NCBI GenBank assembly: GCA_976551045.1
Contig: CDPCPM010000430.1
Span: forward strand, 62,001 to 126,000
Reading direction: 5' to 3'
Origin: Glaucostegus cemiculus
Taxonomy: Eukaryota
Length of the DNA: 64,000 nt
Shown: positions 13,505 to 27,019 of the stretch, piece after piece
Numbering within the stretch: position 1 is the first letter of the stretch
Layout of the letters: each line of letters begins with the position of its first letter
Position numbers and translations under genes: made by a program
The notes under the pieces: generated by a model
Seen by the model: the letters and a program-made list of their open reading frames with translations, nothing else
The model's database searches: none
What the model was told of the DNA's origin: nothing

Positions 13505-15528
13505 TTATGGGAAGAAGTAGGATAGACTGGGCTTGTTTTCCTTGGAGCAAAGGAAACTGAGGGAAGACCTGATAGAATATATATTATAAGAAGCAATGAT
13601 AACATTGTCAAAATCTCTTCTCCATGGTAAGAATATCAAAAGCAAGAGGGCATTTGTTTAAAGTGAGAGATTGTATGGAATCCAGGGAGAGTAGGCGGGC
13701 TAATTAAATATACAGTGGGTTTGATGGGCAGATTAGAGGAGGATGGTGGAAGTTTGTTTCTTGGACTGGAGGCCGGTGACTAGTCGTGGGCCTCGGGTCG
13801 GTGCTTTGTTGTTTGTCATCTGTATCAACAATTTGGTTAAGAATGTACAAGGCATGCTTAGTGAGTTTGCCGATGACACTGAAATACGTGGCATTGTGAA
13901 CAGTGAAGAAGGGTATCAAAATTACAGGGGAATCTTGATCAGTTGAGTAAGTGGACCGTGGAATGGCAAATGGAGTTTAATTCAGATGTGCGATGTGTTG
14001 CATTTTGGAAAGTCAGATCAAGGTTGGATTTTCACAGAGAATGGCAGGGCCCTGGAGAGTGTTGTAGAACAGAGGGACCTTGGATTTCAAGTACCGGTTC
14101 CCTGAAAGTGGAGTTGCAGGTAGACAAGGTGGTGAAGAAGGCTTTTGGCACTCTGGCCTTCATTAGTCAGGGCATTGAGTATAAATTTGAAAGATCATGG
14201 TATGGTTGTACAAGACACTGGTGAGGCTGCACTTGGAGCATTGTGTTCAGTTTTGATCACCTTGCTAAAGGAAAGATGTTATTAAACTGGAAGTAATGCA
14301 GAAAAGATTTACTAGGATGTTGCCAGGACTTGAGGGACTGAGTTATAATGAGAGGTTGGAGTGTAGGAGACTGAGAGGTGATCTTATAGACGTGTATAAA
14401 GTCATGAGGGGCATAGACAGGGTGAATACACACAGTCTTTTTCCCAGGGTTGGGGAATCGAGAACTGGAGGGCATAGGTATAAGGTGACAGGGGAGAGAT
14501 GGAGAGATTTAATAGGAACCTGAGGGGCAACTTTTTTTCACATGGGGGATGGTAAGTACATGGAATGAGTTGCCACAGGAAGTGGTTTAGGCAGGTACAA
14601 TAACAACTTTTAAAAGTCATTTGTACAGGTTTAGAAGGATGTGAGCCAAACACTGGCAAATGGCAACTAGCTTTGATAGGCAGCTTGGTCGGCAAGCACC
14701 AGTTGGGCCGAAAGGCCTATTTCCCGAATCAGAATCAGTTTTATTGTCACAACCATATACATACATAGTATGCATAGGAGCGAGATACCGTCCTCCTCAG
14801 GTGCTCGTCCCATAAAAAAAGAATAACATAACAACCAACAGAGAGACACATACACACTTGGCAGAATACACAGTACAGAACATTACACATTAGAAGCTAT
14901 GGAGATTGAAATTGAATTATTACGCAGATTAAATTAAAAGTGGCCAGTAAATAAATAAATAGTTATTAAAGTGAACGGGCTGGTGTCGGCATTTAAAGTG
15001 CTGGTGCATTTCTGTACACCTAGCATCTCTTAGTGTTAACAAAGGAAGATGGAGGGATGAGTGAGTTTGCAGTTCTGATGGCTTGCAGAAAGAAACTATT
15101 GTTCAGCCTGGACGTTCTTGCCCTGATACATTTAAGCCTCCTCCCCGATGGCAAAATTGTGAAGAGGTGGTGGGAGGGGTGAGAAGGGTCGGCCATTATG
15201 CTTTTGGTCTTCCTCACACAACGGTCTTTGTATATGTCTGCGAGGGATGGAAGCGAGACATATTTCCAATATGTATGACTCTGAGTGGTAAAAGTATTAA
15301 AAGGGGTTTGAAGACTAAGTCTTTTTACACAGAGAGTGGTTATTTGGAACATGCTGGCAGAGGAGGTGGTGGAATCAGATACAGTTTACTATGTTTAGGA
15401 GGCCTTTAAACACAAATAAGCAAGGCATAGAAGCATACTGTCCTAGCAAATGGGTTTAGTGCAGATGGGTAAAAAGGTCAGTATTGGCAGGAGGCCCTGT
15501 TTCTGTGCTGTACAACTCTGTGACTCTA
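13505..15528 (+). mobile_element. Nested cluster: CR1 3' end (13505-13670 and 15283-15528) split by a younger CR1 (about 13670-14725) and a minus-strand Rex1 3' end
   Basis: CR1 ORFs 13743, 13943 and 14296 (EFADDT, RFTRMLPGL); the gtttaaagtgagag...gtaaaag consensus resumes at about 15283. Confidence 0.8.
14726..15282 (-). mobile_element. Rex1/Babar LINE 3' end
   Basis: ORF 15020..15352 DPSHPSHHLFTILPSGRRLKCIRARTSRLNNSFF; tail (gattct)n. Confidence 0.85.
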
Positions 15529-16129
15529 ATTGCCGGGTAGGTGCCAATGTTTTAACTCTACAGGGACACCTTGACTAGAGGCACAGCTTGTTCTGGAGTA
15601 CAGGTCTTTGGGATGTTATCTAGTCCCATAGACTTTGCTCTCTCCAGTGCTTTTAGCCATTTCATGATAGTGCATGAAACAAAATTACTTTACTGGAGAC
15701 ATGCTCCTGTGATGGGAGGATCTCAAAGATGGAGAAAACCAAGTTGGATCATCTATTTGGCATTTCTGGCTGAACATGTTTGTGAAATACTTCAGCCATT
15801 TCTTTAGCACTCATTCAGGATGGAGATGTTCTTGGAACCACCACCTCCCATGAACAGTTTAGTTGTCCAACATCATTCATGACCAGATGTTTTGTATATA
15901 AGTCAAGACTTGGATATAGGAAATGTAAGCAGAAATTTATGAGAAAACCTGAGAGAGGTATTCAAATAATGCCTTTGGTAAGGGAATTGGTACTCAGTAG
16001 TTATAGATTTAATATGGTTGGCAAAAATAAATTGAACAACAAATTAGGAGAAATCTTTTCATCTAGACAGTTGTTGAGAATTGGAACTCATTACTGGAAG
16101 CGATGGAATCAAATTCTATTGTAACTACT

Positions 16130-16720
16130 TTGTCAGAAGACTAAGGAAATTCGGTAGGTCCCTGTTGACCCATATAGATGCACTATAGAAACCTTCCTAT
16201 CTGAATGCATCACAGCTTAGTATGGCAACTGCTTTGCCCAGGGCAGCAAGGAATTACAGAGAGTTGTAGACATAGCTTAGCACATCACAGAAACCAGCTT
16301 CCCCTCCGTGGACTCTGCCTACACTTCCCACTACCTTGGAAAAGCAGCCAATGTAATGAAAGACCCCACCTGCCCCGGTCATTCTATCTCTTCCCCGCTT
16401 CCATTGGAAAGAAGATACAAAAGATTGAAAACCAGGCTCAAGGATATTTTCTGTCCCGCTTTTATAAGACTCTTGAATGGACCACTTCTATAGTAAAGTT
16501 GAAATTTTGATGACAATCTACCTCATTGTGGCCCTTGCACCTTATTGTCTGTCTGTGCTGCCTTTCTCTGTAACACTTTATTCTGGATTCTGCTATTGCT
16601 TTTCCTTTTGTAATGCCTCATTGTACTGATGTCTTGAAATGATCTCTATGGATGGCATGCAGAACAAAGTTTATTACTGTATCTCACTACATGTGACAAT
16701 AATAAACCAATTACCAACTT
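16130..16720 (+). mobile_element. Rex1/Babar LINE 3' fragment
   Basis: ORF 16308 KDPTCPGH...RRYKRLKTRLKDIF; tail gtgacaataataaaccaatt. Confidence 0.8.
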
Positions 16721-16959
16721 TTAAGAGAATTAGATGTGCACAGGAAGAGGATTAATTTGCATGGTCGTGGGAAAAGGTTGGTGCATTGGTCCAAATTAGA
16801 CCGCTTTTTTAAATAGCTAGCACAGGTGTAATGGCTTCTGTGCTATGTTGAGAATGATGTTTTATGATTGGTATTTGACATTTTTGAAGCCCAAGTTAGA
16901 AAAGTTGTCTCTCTCATGATTCTACTGTTGATATTTTCCCAACCGGAATAGCTAAATAT

Positions 16960-19900
16960 GATAATAGATAAAGAGGGCCCTACAAGGGAGAGGGCAAAGG
17001 TCAACCTACTCTTAGGTAATAGAGTGGGGCAGGTGACTGAAGTGACAGTGGGGGACCACTTTGGGACTAGTGACCATAGTTCTATTAGTTTTAAAATAGT
17101 TCTGGAAAGGGACAGAACTAATCCACAGGTTCAAGTTCTAAGTCTACCAGACAACCTGGTCCAGCCTACCAGACAACCTGGACCCATTGCAATTCGTCTA
17201 TTGGCGAAACAGGTCTACAGCGGATGCTATCTCCCTGGCCCTACACTCAGCTCTGGAGCATCTGGACAGTAAAGACACAAACGTTAGACTATTGTTTATT
17301 GACTACAGCTCTGCCTTCAATACAATAGTTCCAACCAAGCTTGTCACCAAACTCCGACACCTAGGCCTCAACACCTCCCTCTGTAACTGGATCCTTGATT
17401 TTCTAACAAACAGACCGCAGCAATACCTCCGGAACGATTATTCTCAACACTGGTGCCCCACAAGGCTGTGTCCTCAGCCCTCTACTCCCTATACACTCAT
17501 GACTGTGTGGCCAAATTCTGCTCTAACTCCACCTACAAGTTTGCAGATGATACCACCGTTGTAGGCCGTATCTCAAACAGTGATGAGTCGGAGTACAGGA
17601 AGGAGATATAGAGCTTAGTGGAATGGTGCCATGACAACAACCTTTCCCTCAATGTCAACAAAAAAGCTGGTCATTGACTTCAGGAAAGGGGTTGGTGTAC
17701 ATGCACCCATCTAGAGCTGAGGTCGAGAGGGTTGAGAGCTTCAAGTTCCTGGGTGTTAACATCACCAACAGCCTGTCCTGGTCAAATCATGTAGATGCCA
17801 CGGCCAAGAAAGCTCACCAGCACCTCTACTTCCTCAGGAGGCTAAAGAAATTTGGTTTGTCCACTTTAACTCTCACCAACTTTTACCGATGCACCATAGA
17901 AAGCATCCTATCTGGATGTATCATGGCTTGGTACAGAAACTGCTCTGCCCGTGACCGCAAGAAGCTGCAGAATGTTGTGGACACAGCCCAGTGCATCATG
18001 GACTCCAGCCTCCCCTCCTTGGACTCTGTCTTAACCTCTCGTTGTCTTGGTGTAGCAGCCAGTATAATCAAAGACCCTACCCACCCAGGACATCCTCTTC
18101 CATCAGGTAGAAGATACAGGTGCCTGAGGGCATGTACCACCAGATTTAAGGACAGCTTCTACCCCACTGTGATGAGACTATTGAATGGTTCCCTTATACA
18201 GTGAGATGGACTATGACCTCACAATCTGCCTTGTGTGACCTCACAATCTGCACCTTATTTCACTGCAGCTGTCCTGTTATTGTTTTTACCTGTACTACAT
18301 CAATGCACTTTGTACTAGCTTGGTGTAACTGCACTGTGTAATGAATTGACCTGTACAATCAGTTTGTAAGACAAGCTTTTCATTGTACCTTGGTACAAGT
18401 GACAATAATAAACCAATATCAAGAAATTGGGGCATGACAAATTTGGACAGTATGAGACAGGAGCTTGCAAAGGTTGATTGGAGTAGGTTGTTTGCCGGCA
18501 AAGGGATCACAGGCAAGTGGGAGGCTTTTAAAGGTGAGATAGTGAGAGCTCAAGTCTGTATGTTCCTATTAGATTGAAGGGCAAGGCTGGTAGGAGTAGG
18601 GAACCCTGGATGACGAGGGATATTCAGGCCCTTGCCAGGAAAAAGTAGGCGTAAGTCAGGTACAGGCAAATCCCTGGAGGAGTATAGAGCATGCAGGAGT
18701 GTACTCAAGGAAATTAGAAGGGCAAAAAGGGGGGCATGAGATAGCTTTGCTAGGGAAGATTAAGGAAAATCCAAAAAGATTTTATATTAAGGGAAAAAGT
18801 AACTAGAGAAAAAATAGGGCCCCTCAAAGATCACAAGGGACATCTTTGAGTGGAGAGCTGCAGGAGATGCACAAGGTCCTTAATAAATATTTCTCATCTG
18901 TGTTTACTGTGGAGAAAGACACAAAGACTTAAGAATTAGGAAAAATAAATGGGGAGGTCTTAGGGATTGTCCGCATTAGAGTAGAGAAGGAGCTGGATGT
19001 CTTAAGAGGTATGAAGGTATACACATCTCCAGGGCCTGAGCAGGTATATCCAAGAACGCTGTGGGAGGCTAGAGAAGAAATTGTGGGAGCCCTGGCTGAG
19101 ATAATTGCATCATCATTAGCCACAGGTGAAATACCAGTAGACTGGAGGGTAGCAAATATTGTGCCTTTATATAAGAAGGGTGGCTAAGAAAAACCTGGGA
19201 ACTTATTGGTGAGGATTCTGACGGACAAGATATACGTCCATCTGGAAAGACGGGTTGATTAAGGATAGTCGGCATGGCTTTGTGCACAGGAGATAATGTT
19301 TTATGAACTTGAGATTTTTGATGATGTGACCAAGAAAGCTGATGAAGGCAGGGAGGTAGACATGGTTTATATGGACTTCAGAAAGGCCTTTGATAAGGTT
19401 CCAGATGGTAGGCTGCTCTGGAAGGTTAGATTGCATGAAATCCAGGGAAAGCTGGCTAAATGGATACACCGTAGGCTTGATGATAGAAAGCAGAGGCTGA
19501 TGGTGGAAGGTTGTTTCTTGGACTGAAGGCTCTAACTAGCGGTGTGCCTCAGGGGTTGGTGCTGGACCCATTGTTGTTTGTCATCTATATGAATAATTTG
19601 GATAAGAATGTACAAGGCATGGTTAGTAAGTCTGCCAATGACATTAAAATAAGTGGTATAGTGGACAATGAAGAAGGTTATCAAAACTTACAGGGGAGCT
19701 TGATCAGCTGAGTAAGTGGGCCAAGGCATGGCAAATGGAGTTTAATTCGGATAAGTGTGAGGTGTTGCATTTTGGAAAGTCAGATGCAGATAGGACTTTC
19801 ACAGTGAACAGCAAGGCCCTGGGGACTGTTGTAGAACAAAGGGACCTTGGAGTACAAGTACGTGGTTTCCTGAAAGTGGAGTCACAGGTAGACAGGGTGG

Positions 19901-20528
19901 TGAAGAAGGCTTTTGGCACGCTGGCCTTTATAAGTCAGGATACTGGGGACAAATGTTGGGAGGTCTTGGTGTGGTTGTACAGGACGCTGGTGAGAACACA
20001 CTTGGAGTATTGTGTTCAGTTTTGGTTGCCCTGCTGGAGGAAAGATGTTATTAAACTTGAAAGGGTGCAGAAAAAATTTACAAGGATCTTGCCAGGACTT
20101 GAGAGACTGAGTTATAGGAAGAGGTTGGACAGGTTAGGACTTCATTCCATAGAGCTTAAGAAACTGAGAGGTGATCTTGCAGAGGTGTATAACATCATGT
20201 GGGGCATAGATAGGGTGAATGCACTCAGTCTTTTTCCCAGGGTTGGAGAATCAAGAACTAGTGGGCATAGGTTTAAGGTGAGAGGGGAGAGATTTAATAG
20301 GAACTTGAGGGGCAACTTTTTTTTTACTCAAAGGGTGGTATGTGGAAGGAGCTGCCAGAGGAGCAGGTACAATAACAACTTTTAAAAGACAATTGGATAG
20401 CTCCATGGATTGGAAAGGTTAGAAAGTTATGGGCCAAATGCTAGCAAATGGGACTAGCTTGGATGGGGCATCTTGGTCGGCACGGACCATTTGGGCTGCA
20501 GGGCGTGTATCCGTGCTGTGTAACTCTT
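16960..20528 (+). mobile_element. CR1 LINE, about 2.3 kb excluding the Rex1 insert, frameshifted
   Basis: ORFs 16958 (GTSDH, EN end), 18383, 19296, 19511 and 19735 are consecutive CR1 ORF2 pieces. Confidence 0.92.
17141..18423 (+). mobile_element. Rex1/Babar LINE (RT to 3' tail) inserted into the CR1
   Basis: [46 protein letters not shown] and FYRCTIESIL are Rex1 RT motifs. Confidence 0.9.
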
Positions 20529-20619
20529 TGAAAATCTTCTATTTCTTTAGATGAACTCAGGTATTCATTGAATCATGTACACATGTTATCAGACTTGTTA
20601 TAACAATAGAAAATAAACT

Positions 20620-20625
20620 TTTATT
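20620..20625 (-). terminator. Candidate polyA signal of the kelch gene
   Basis: Minus-strand AATAAA about 500 nt past the stop, at the end of a repeat-free stretch just before a CR1. Confidence 0.5.
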
Positions 20626-21121
20626 TGTTAAAATGTAGAGCATTTATGCTTTGGATTTAATAACATGCTGATCCACCACAGGTAATGTTCCAGGTGACAG
20701 ATTTCGTAATGTAGTTTGTTGTCATTTAGTTTCATTCTTTTTGGGAAGAAGTACTGTCTTGTGTAAATTGCCAGATGATGAGTTTACTATAGAACTGCAT
20801 ATGTGGTTGCAATTCTTTTCCCAGCAACTCTTGGTTAACGTAATTAATACAGTCTGCGTCATAGTATAAAATAATCAGCTTGAAGGACCAGTTAACATCT
20901 CATTGCAGTCAGTGATCATTTTTGCAAGAGACTTTTTCAAAAACAGCATGATTTTCAGGAAATGCCTTTTAACGAGGTAAATTCAATACATATTTAGCCA
21001 TTCCACAAATGTTCAATGACCTAATGTCAATTTGATTGTATTTTAACATTTTTACCCTTGCCATACAATTTCATTTCTGAATTACATTCATATGTTCCCA
21101 TATTGTAAGCATAATACCAGA

Positions 21122-21487
21122 CTAATCAGTTACAAAAAGATTGAGAGTGGAAGTCTTTTTTGTCCCAAGAAGAGGATGGACACACATCTCACGTTTTAAC
21201 TTGTGTAAAATCTGCCCAGAGAGTTTAACTGTGCATGCAACATGATCCATCAGCGGCAGAGGTAATGCACCTGCTCTCTCCCATTTTCTGGCTTCTGGAT
21301 CATAAATAAAAATGCTGTCCTTTTTGGCCATTTGACACAGAGAACCCCCACCGGTGATGTAGAGTTTGGAATTGTGTACAGAAGTGCTAAATTGACAGCA
21401 GTCAAAGGGCGATACCTTAAGTGTTGTCCACTGATCAACTGCTGGGATGTAATATTCAGTTTCATTTACATGAAGCCATTCATTTGA
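21122..21487 (-). CDS. Nested kelch-like gene, last coding exon
   Basis: ttttcag|TCA AAT GAA...GAT TAG; SNEWLHVNETEYYIPAVDQW...KLYITGGG...IYDPEARKW...LNLFVTD*. Confidence 0.92.
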   Translation of the reverse strand, partial: SNEWLHVNETEYYIPAVDQWTTLKVSPFDCCQFSTSVHNSKLYITGGGSLCQMAKKDSIFIYDPEARKWERAGALPLPLMDHVACTVKLSGQILHKLKREMCVHPLLGTKKTSTLNLFVTD

Positions 21488-22029
21488 CTGAAAAGAAATG
21501 AATGACATAGTTAAGCAGTACAAAAAAATAACGTCACTACATTATTTAATTATAATCAGCACAATACTTTCTACTCCTCTCACTGTATAAAGTGGTGCAT
21601 TCAGTTCCTATGGATTTTTTTATTAGGGAATGCTGGTATGTTTAAGTGCTTTAATGAGCCATTCTTTGAAAATGAAAAGTATTTTACACAACATTCTCAG
21701 GAAATTAGGTTGGGAGATAGTTTTGGTTATCTAGGTTTGAATCCAGCTTGGAGAGAGAATTCTTTTAAAATTTCTTTGAAATTTAGATCTCTAGTCTGTT
21801 TTATCTGTAGTTCACAAAACTAATTTTTGTGTCTGCGCTCTGTTCACAATGACCATCTTGAGCTGTCGGGTGAACCCATTTCAGCTGTCCTCCCCTTTCC
21901 CACACCGACCTGTCTGTTCTCGGCCTCCTCCTCTGCCAGGGTGAGGCCAAACGCAAACAAGAAGAGCAGCTCCTCCTATCCCACCTAGGTAGTCAACAAC
22001 CCAGTAGCCTGCCCCACCTGGCTCCATGT

Positions 22030-22265
22030 GTGCATCAACCTTTCCTCTCCTGGATCCACCTGCCACTTGCCAGCTCCTGCCTCATCCCTCCCCTTCACCT
22101 CTTTATACTGGCTATCTCTTTAATACTCTCAGTCCTGATGCAAGGTTTCAACCTGAAACATCAACTATCCCTTTGCAACCACAGATGCTGCCTGATCCGC
22201 TGATTTCCTCCAGCAGCTTGTTTTTGGTTCCAGATCCCTGCATCTGGAGTCTCTTGAGTCTCCAG
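22030..22265 (+). mobile_element. Penelope-like terminal repeat with hammerhead motif
   Basis: tatactggctatct...agtcctgatgcaaggtttcaacctgaaacatcaact...cacagatgctgcctga. Confidence 0.75.
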
Positions 22266-22399
22266 ATTAACTTCTGTGTTCATTCATGTCACCAGACTTT
22301 GTTCTGTTTACCAACAAAATGTATCTCATGTTTTCACATTTAGCTAAGCTGAGGCAAAAGAGTAGCATTATCTGACATTATGATAACCTATATCTAAGT

Positions 22400-23725
22400 T
22401 TGGAAACTTTAGACAAGTAAGCCTAACATCTGTGGTAGGTAAGTTACTAGAGGCAATTCTGAGGGATAACATATATATAAGCATTTGGGAAGTCAGGGGT
22501 TGATTAGGAATAGTCAGCAGGGCTTTGTGCATGGGAGATCATGTCTCAGGAATTTGGGTTTTGTGAAGAAATAACGAGGAAGGTCGGTGAGGACAGGGTG
22601 GTAGACGTTAGTCTGCGTGGACTTCAGTAAGGCCTTTGATAAGGTTCCACATGGCAGGCTGCTCAGGAAAGTTAGATTGGATGGGATCCAGGTTTGATGG
22701 TAGGAAGCAGAGGGTGATGGGAAGGTTGTTTTTTGTCTGGAGGCCTGTGACTCGTGATGTTCCCCAGGGTGCAGTGCTAGGCCCATTACTACTTGTTATC
22801 TATATCAACGATTTGGATGAGAATGTACAAGACATGGTTAGTAAGTTTGCAGATGACACGAGAATAGGTGATATCATTGACAGTGAAGATGTTCATCAGG
22901 ATTTACGGAGGGATCTTGATCAGCTGGGTAAGTGAGCTGAGGAATGGCAAATGAAGTTTAATTTAGATAAATGCAAGGTGTTGCATTTTGGGGAGATAAA
23001 TCGGTAGGATATTCATAGTGAACAGTAGGGCCCTGGGGAGTGTTGTAGAAGAGGGACCTGGGAGTACAAGTACATGGTTCCCTGAAAGTGGTGTCACAGG
23101 TAGACAGGGTGGTGAAGAAGGCTTTTGTCATGCTGGCCTTCATCAGTCAGGGCACTGAGGATGTTATGTTGGGATGTTATGTTGTAGTTGTACAAGACGT
23201 TGGTGAGGCTGCATTGTGTTCAGTTTTGGTTGCCATGCTATAGGAAAGATGCCACTAAGCTGGAAAGAGTGCAGAGGAGATTTACAAGGATGTTGCCTGG
23301 ACCTGAGGGACTGGGGTATGGAGAGAGGTTGAGCAGGTTGGGACTTCATTGATTGGAGGGTAGGAGAATGAGGGATGATCTTATAGTGGTGTGTAAAATC
23401 ATGAGGGACATAAAGAGGCTGAACCTGCAGTTTTTTTTCCCCCAGGGCTGGGGAATCAAGAACTAGAGGGCATAGGTTTAAGGTGATAGGGGAGAGATTT
23501 AATAGGAACCTAAGAGGCAACTTTTTCACCTAAAAGGTGGTCAGTATATGGAACAAGCTGCCAGAGGAAGTGGTAGATGAGGGGAAAATTAACAACAGTT
23601 ACCTGGATAGGAAAGGTTTAGAGGGATATGGGCCAAACATTGGAAATGGGACTGCTTAAATGGGACTTTTGGTTGGCATGGACCAGTTGGGCTGAAGGGT
23701 GAGTTTCCGAGCTGTATGATTCTCT
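22400..23725 (+). mobile_element. CR1 LINE
   Basis: ORF 22636 VPQGAVLGPLL...KFADDT; CR1 3' tail. Confidence 0.9.
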
Positions 23726-24607
23726 AAGTCTGTGGATGTATCAGGTTCTGCCGGTTTGTAATTCATTTATTATGGTGGGAAACAAAAATCTGTGGACTTG
23801 GGATTGTATAACTTTAATATTCACAAGTTATAGTGTAACGTCGGCTTTGTCAAATAACTTTGAAAATTCTGTGATACTTTTCAAGGCAACATTAGAACCC
23901 AGTAAATCATTCTCTTACATTGTGTAAACTATGAGCTGAAACAGTTAATTGAAAACTTTTACTCAAAATGTTATATAAATGCACATTATTATTGCACTCT
24001 GAAGGTGGTGCAGCATTGATCAGAGTTGGAGAATGACTAGGGCAGAGAAATTATAAAGACAATAGTAATAAGTATTATAACCAAAGTGACTTGATCTCTA
24101 AGTGTGGTTGAGGTTTAACATAAGTATGTTAGCAAGGGAGTATTTCATTGTAGAAATCCAAGGAACCCTGAAGGTGGAAACACAGGTAGATAAGGTAGTG
24201 AAGGAGGGAATATTTGCCCTCCACAGTCAGGGCATAGAATATGAGAGCAGAGAGGCTATGGTATTCCTAAAACATTGATTAGAACACATTTAGAATACTG
24301 CGTACAGTTCTGGTTGCCCCAGAATTGTCATTGAGCTGAAGAGGGCGCAGAGGAGGTTCACTACGAAGTTGCCTGAATGGAGCACTCAGTTATGAGGAGA
24401 AACAGGATAGGCTGCATTCTGCCTTTATTTGAAGGCTTAGAGTTCAATGCTCCTTGAGGTCAATGCTCCTTGAGATCAATATTTAACATGCTTTAATGTG
24501 CCGTCCAAGTCCTCAGTGCTTTCCATCAAACAAACTGGTGTTATTTAAACAGATTGAGAAAAGTTTGTACTGAAAGTAACAACATGAAAATTTAAAATAT
24601 ATCTTAC

Positions 24608-24768
24608 TGAGTTCAAAGCTCTTCCCCCTACACAAAATATTTTGTCTCCAATGGTAGCCATTCCATGGTCACACCGGGCAAATGTCATGGGTTGGTTAAT
24701 GATCCATCGCTGCAGTCTTGGGATATAACTGTACAGATCATTCAGAGCTCTTCCTGCTGAGAATCCAC
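24608..24768 (-). CDS. Nested kelch-like gene, coding exon 3
   Basis: catcag|GT GGA...AAC TCA|gtaaga; GGFSAGRALNDLYSYIPRLQRW...KIFCVGGRALNS; 161 bp, phase 1 to 0. Confidence 0.92.
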
Positions 24769-24939
24769 CTGATGGACATGACAAAATGGCTGAATATCCA
24801 GATTTTTTAATAGAAGAACATATGTAACTCTTGCAAAGTGCAACATTAACTCAAAGGCTGAATGTCAGAAAAATGGATGGGAAATGTATCATTTTAACAT
24901 TTAAAAACAGACAAACCCAGAGGACAGGAGGAATCCGAT

Positions 24940-25172
24940 GGGGGTTCTTTCAGACCCTCTCTCACTGCTCCCCCTCTGTGATTTTTTTTTATTCTTTGCA
25001 CCCCTCCTCACCTGGATCCACCTATTGCCTGCCAGCTCCTGCCACCTTCTTATACTGGCTATTTCTTCCCCCCCCCCCACTTCCTTCCATAGATGCTGCC
25101 TGACCCACTGAGTTCCACCAGCATTTTATGTGTTGCTCCATATTCCAGCACCTGCAGTCTCTTGTGTCTCCA
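24940..25172 (+). mobile_element. Penelope-like terminal repeat, hammerhead segment deleted
   Basis: Same flanking motifs as 22030-22265 with the ctgatg...gaaa core missing. Confidence 0.65.
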
Positions 25173-26637
25173 TATACCTCAAAGAGACTTCGCAGGAGAG
25201 TAGCAAAATGGAGACGTGGAACCAACTAGGCGTTTAGATCTAAACTTTGGGGGAGGGGATTTCCACACCAATTCAAGAAGGCAGCAGACAGTAGAACTAG
25301 GGACAGGCAATGACTATTGGTCTTGCAGATGGTATTCAAGTTCTTGAAATGAATAAACAGAGCTTTAAGGTGCCTAGTAGATAATGTTACTGGAACTTGG
25401 GATGCATTCCTATTTTTTATGGTTCTGCCTTAGACACAGAGTAGGTACTGTTGCCATTCTTCCACTAGAGGCTCCTTCTCCTGCCTTGCCAAATCTCACC
25501 ATCCACTGTCATCCATCAGTACCTAATATTTGTGCTTGTATACAAAGAGGTGGGTTTTAGGAATGAACTGATGAGTAGCACTTGAAGGCAAGACTAGGAG
25601 AGAAGCACTGGGGACTGAGAAGAGCAGTGGAGACACAAGTAGGATTGTTACAAAGGGAAGTGGTAACACAAAGACAAGCAACAGGAAGACTGTATTTTCA
25701 AATATGTGCAACGCCAAAAGAGACCAAGAAATAACTACCTGCACATCTATAACACTTTTTCAACATTGTACGTTCCTCAAGTTCCTTTACAGCAACACTC
25801 AAATAATTCCGCACCACCAATGATGAAATATTCGAAAAATGAAAAATTGAAATTTTGGAGTTAGAGAGGCAGATAAGTCTAGTGAAGGGATTCCAAAGCT
25901 TTGAACTTGAACTGGTGAAGCCACAACCACTAATGGTGGGACAAGGAAATCAAAGGTACTTGAGACTATTAGAGACACATTTAAGTTCTCAATGGAATAG
26001 AGGTTAGGGAAGGGAATTTAACACAAGCTAAGAATTTTAAACTTGTGATATTACAGGACCCTATATAGGTAAAATTATTGTGTGCTTTCTAAACATGGCC
26101 GTTAAACCTAAAGGTACGTCAAGGTTGTGGATTGATAACTGCAGTGAAATTCCTGGTTTTGGAGTTTGAAGATTTCAACACAACACGCTCACAGAAAGAT
26201 ATTAGCCTACCACAGAATTTTTTTCTTTTTAAGTTGATACAATCAATTGCATTTTTGCCACTTAACAATTATGTCTAAGTGACAATACTATCTGAAGTTG
26301 GCTTCCTTTAGATTATGTTCTACTGTCTTTATTCTTTCCTCTATTTCTCCCCATTCAAAGGTGCCTCAGGCAGTGCACTTGCAATGACAGGCCACCCGCA
26401 CAGCACCTCCATGTGTATTGATTGTGTTAGGAGGTGTGCAAAAGTGCCCTTCTTTCTGGAACACCTAAATATACTTAACATATGTTACTGCAGCCTGTTG
26501 CATTTGTGGGATGTATGGTGAGGCAACATATTTCCTGAGGTACAAACCTACATAACTTTTAACCTTGAGATGGATAATCTTGAAGTGCGACTGTTCTAAA
26601 AATTGTATGTAATTTTTCTCCCATCCTTTGTCCTTAC

Positions 26638-26890
26638 CTGAAATATAGAGAATGCCTTTGTGCACAGCCCCAGTGTGGTCCGCCACTGCCACAGGGAAGG
26701 GTGTTACAAACTCCCATTTGTTCTTTTCACATTTGTATTCCTCTACTGTATTAGTGAGGTTCCCTAGCAGTGTGCCCCCTGCCACAGAAATAATGCGGTC
26801 TAAAATTGTATCCACGTGAAACCGCGTGCGTCTTTCCAGCATGCCAGCAACCTGAATCCATGAGTTATTTCGTGGATCAAACCGAAAAAC
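26638..26890 (-). CDS. Nested kelch-like gene, coding exon 2
   Basis: ttacccag|GTT TTT CGG...TCA G|gtaagg; VFRFDPRNNSWIQVAGMLERRTRFHV...GILYISG; 253 bp, phase 0 to 1. Confidence 0.92.
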
Positions 26891-27019
26891 CTGGGTAAAG
26901 AAAAGACCTAAATATGACTAATACATTAACTTAACTGATGTACCAAAAGTTGATTTTTCTGTGAATGTAATAAATTTGATCCTTAGATACTCAGAAAATT
27001 AACCTGATAATTTTTACAC

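Noticed and set aside
24444-24480. 16-bp tandem repeat tcaatgctccttgag(g/a), about 2.3 copies
   Set aside because: Simple local slippage with no spacers; not CRISPR-like. A similar duplication sits inside the CR1 near 47610.
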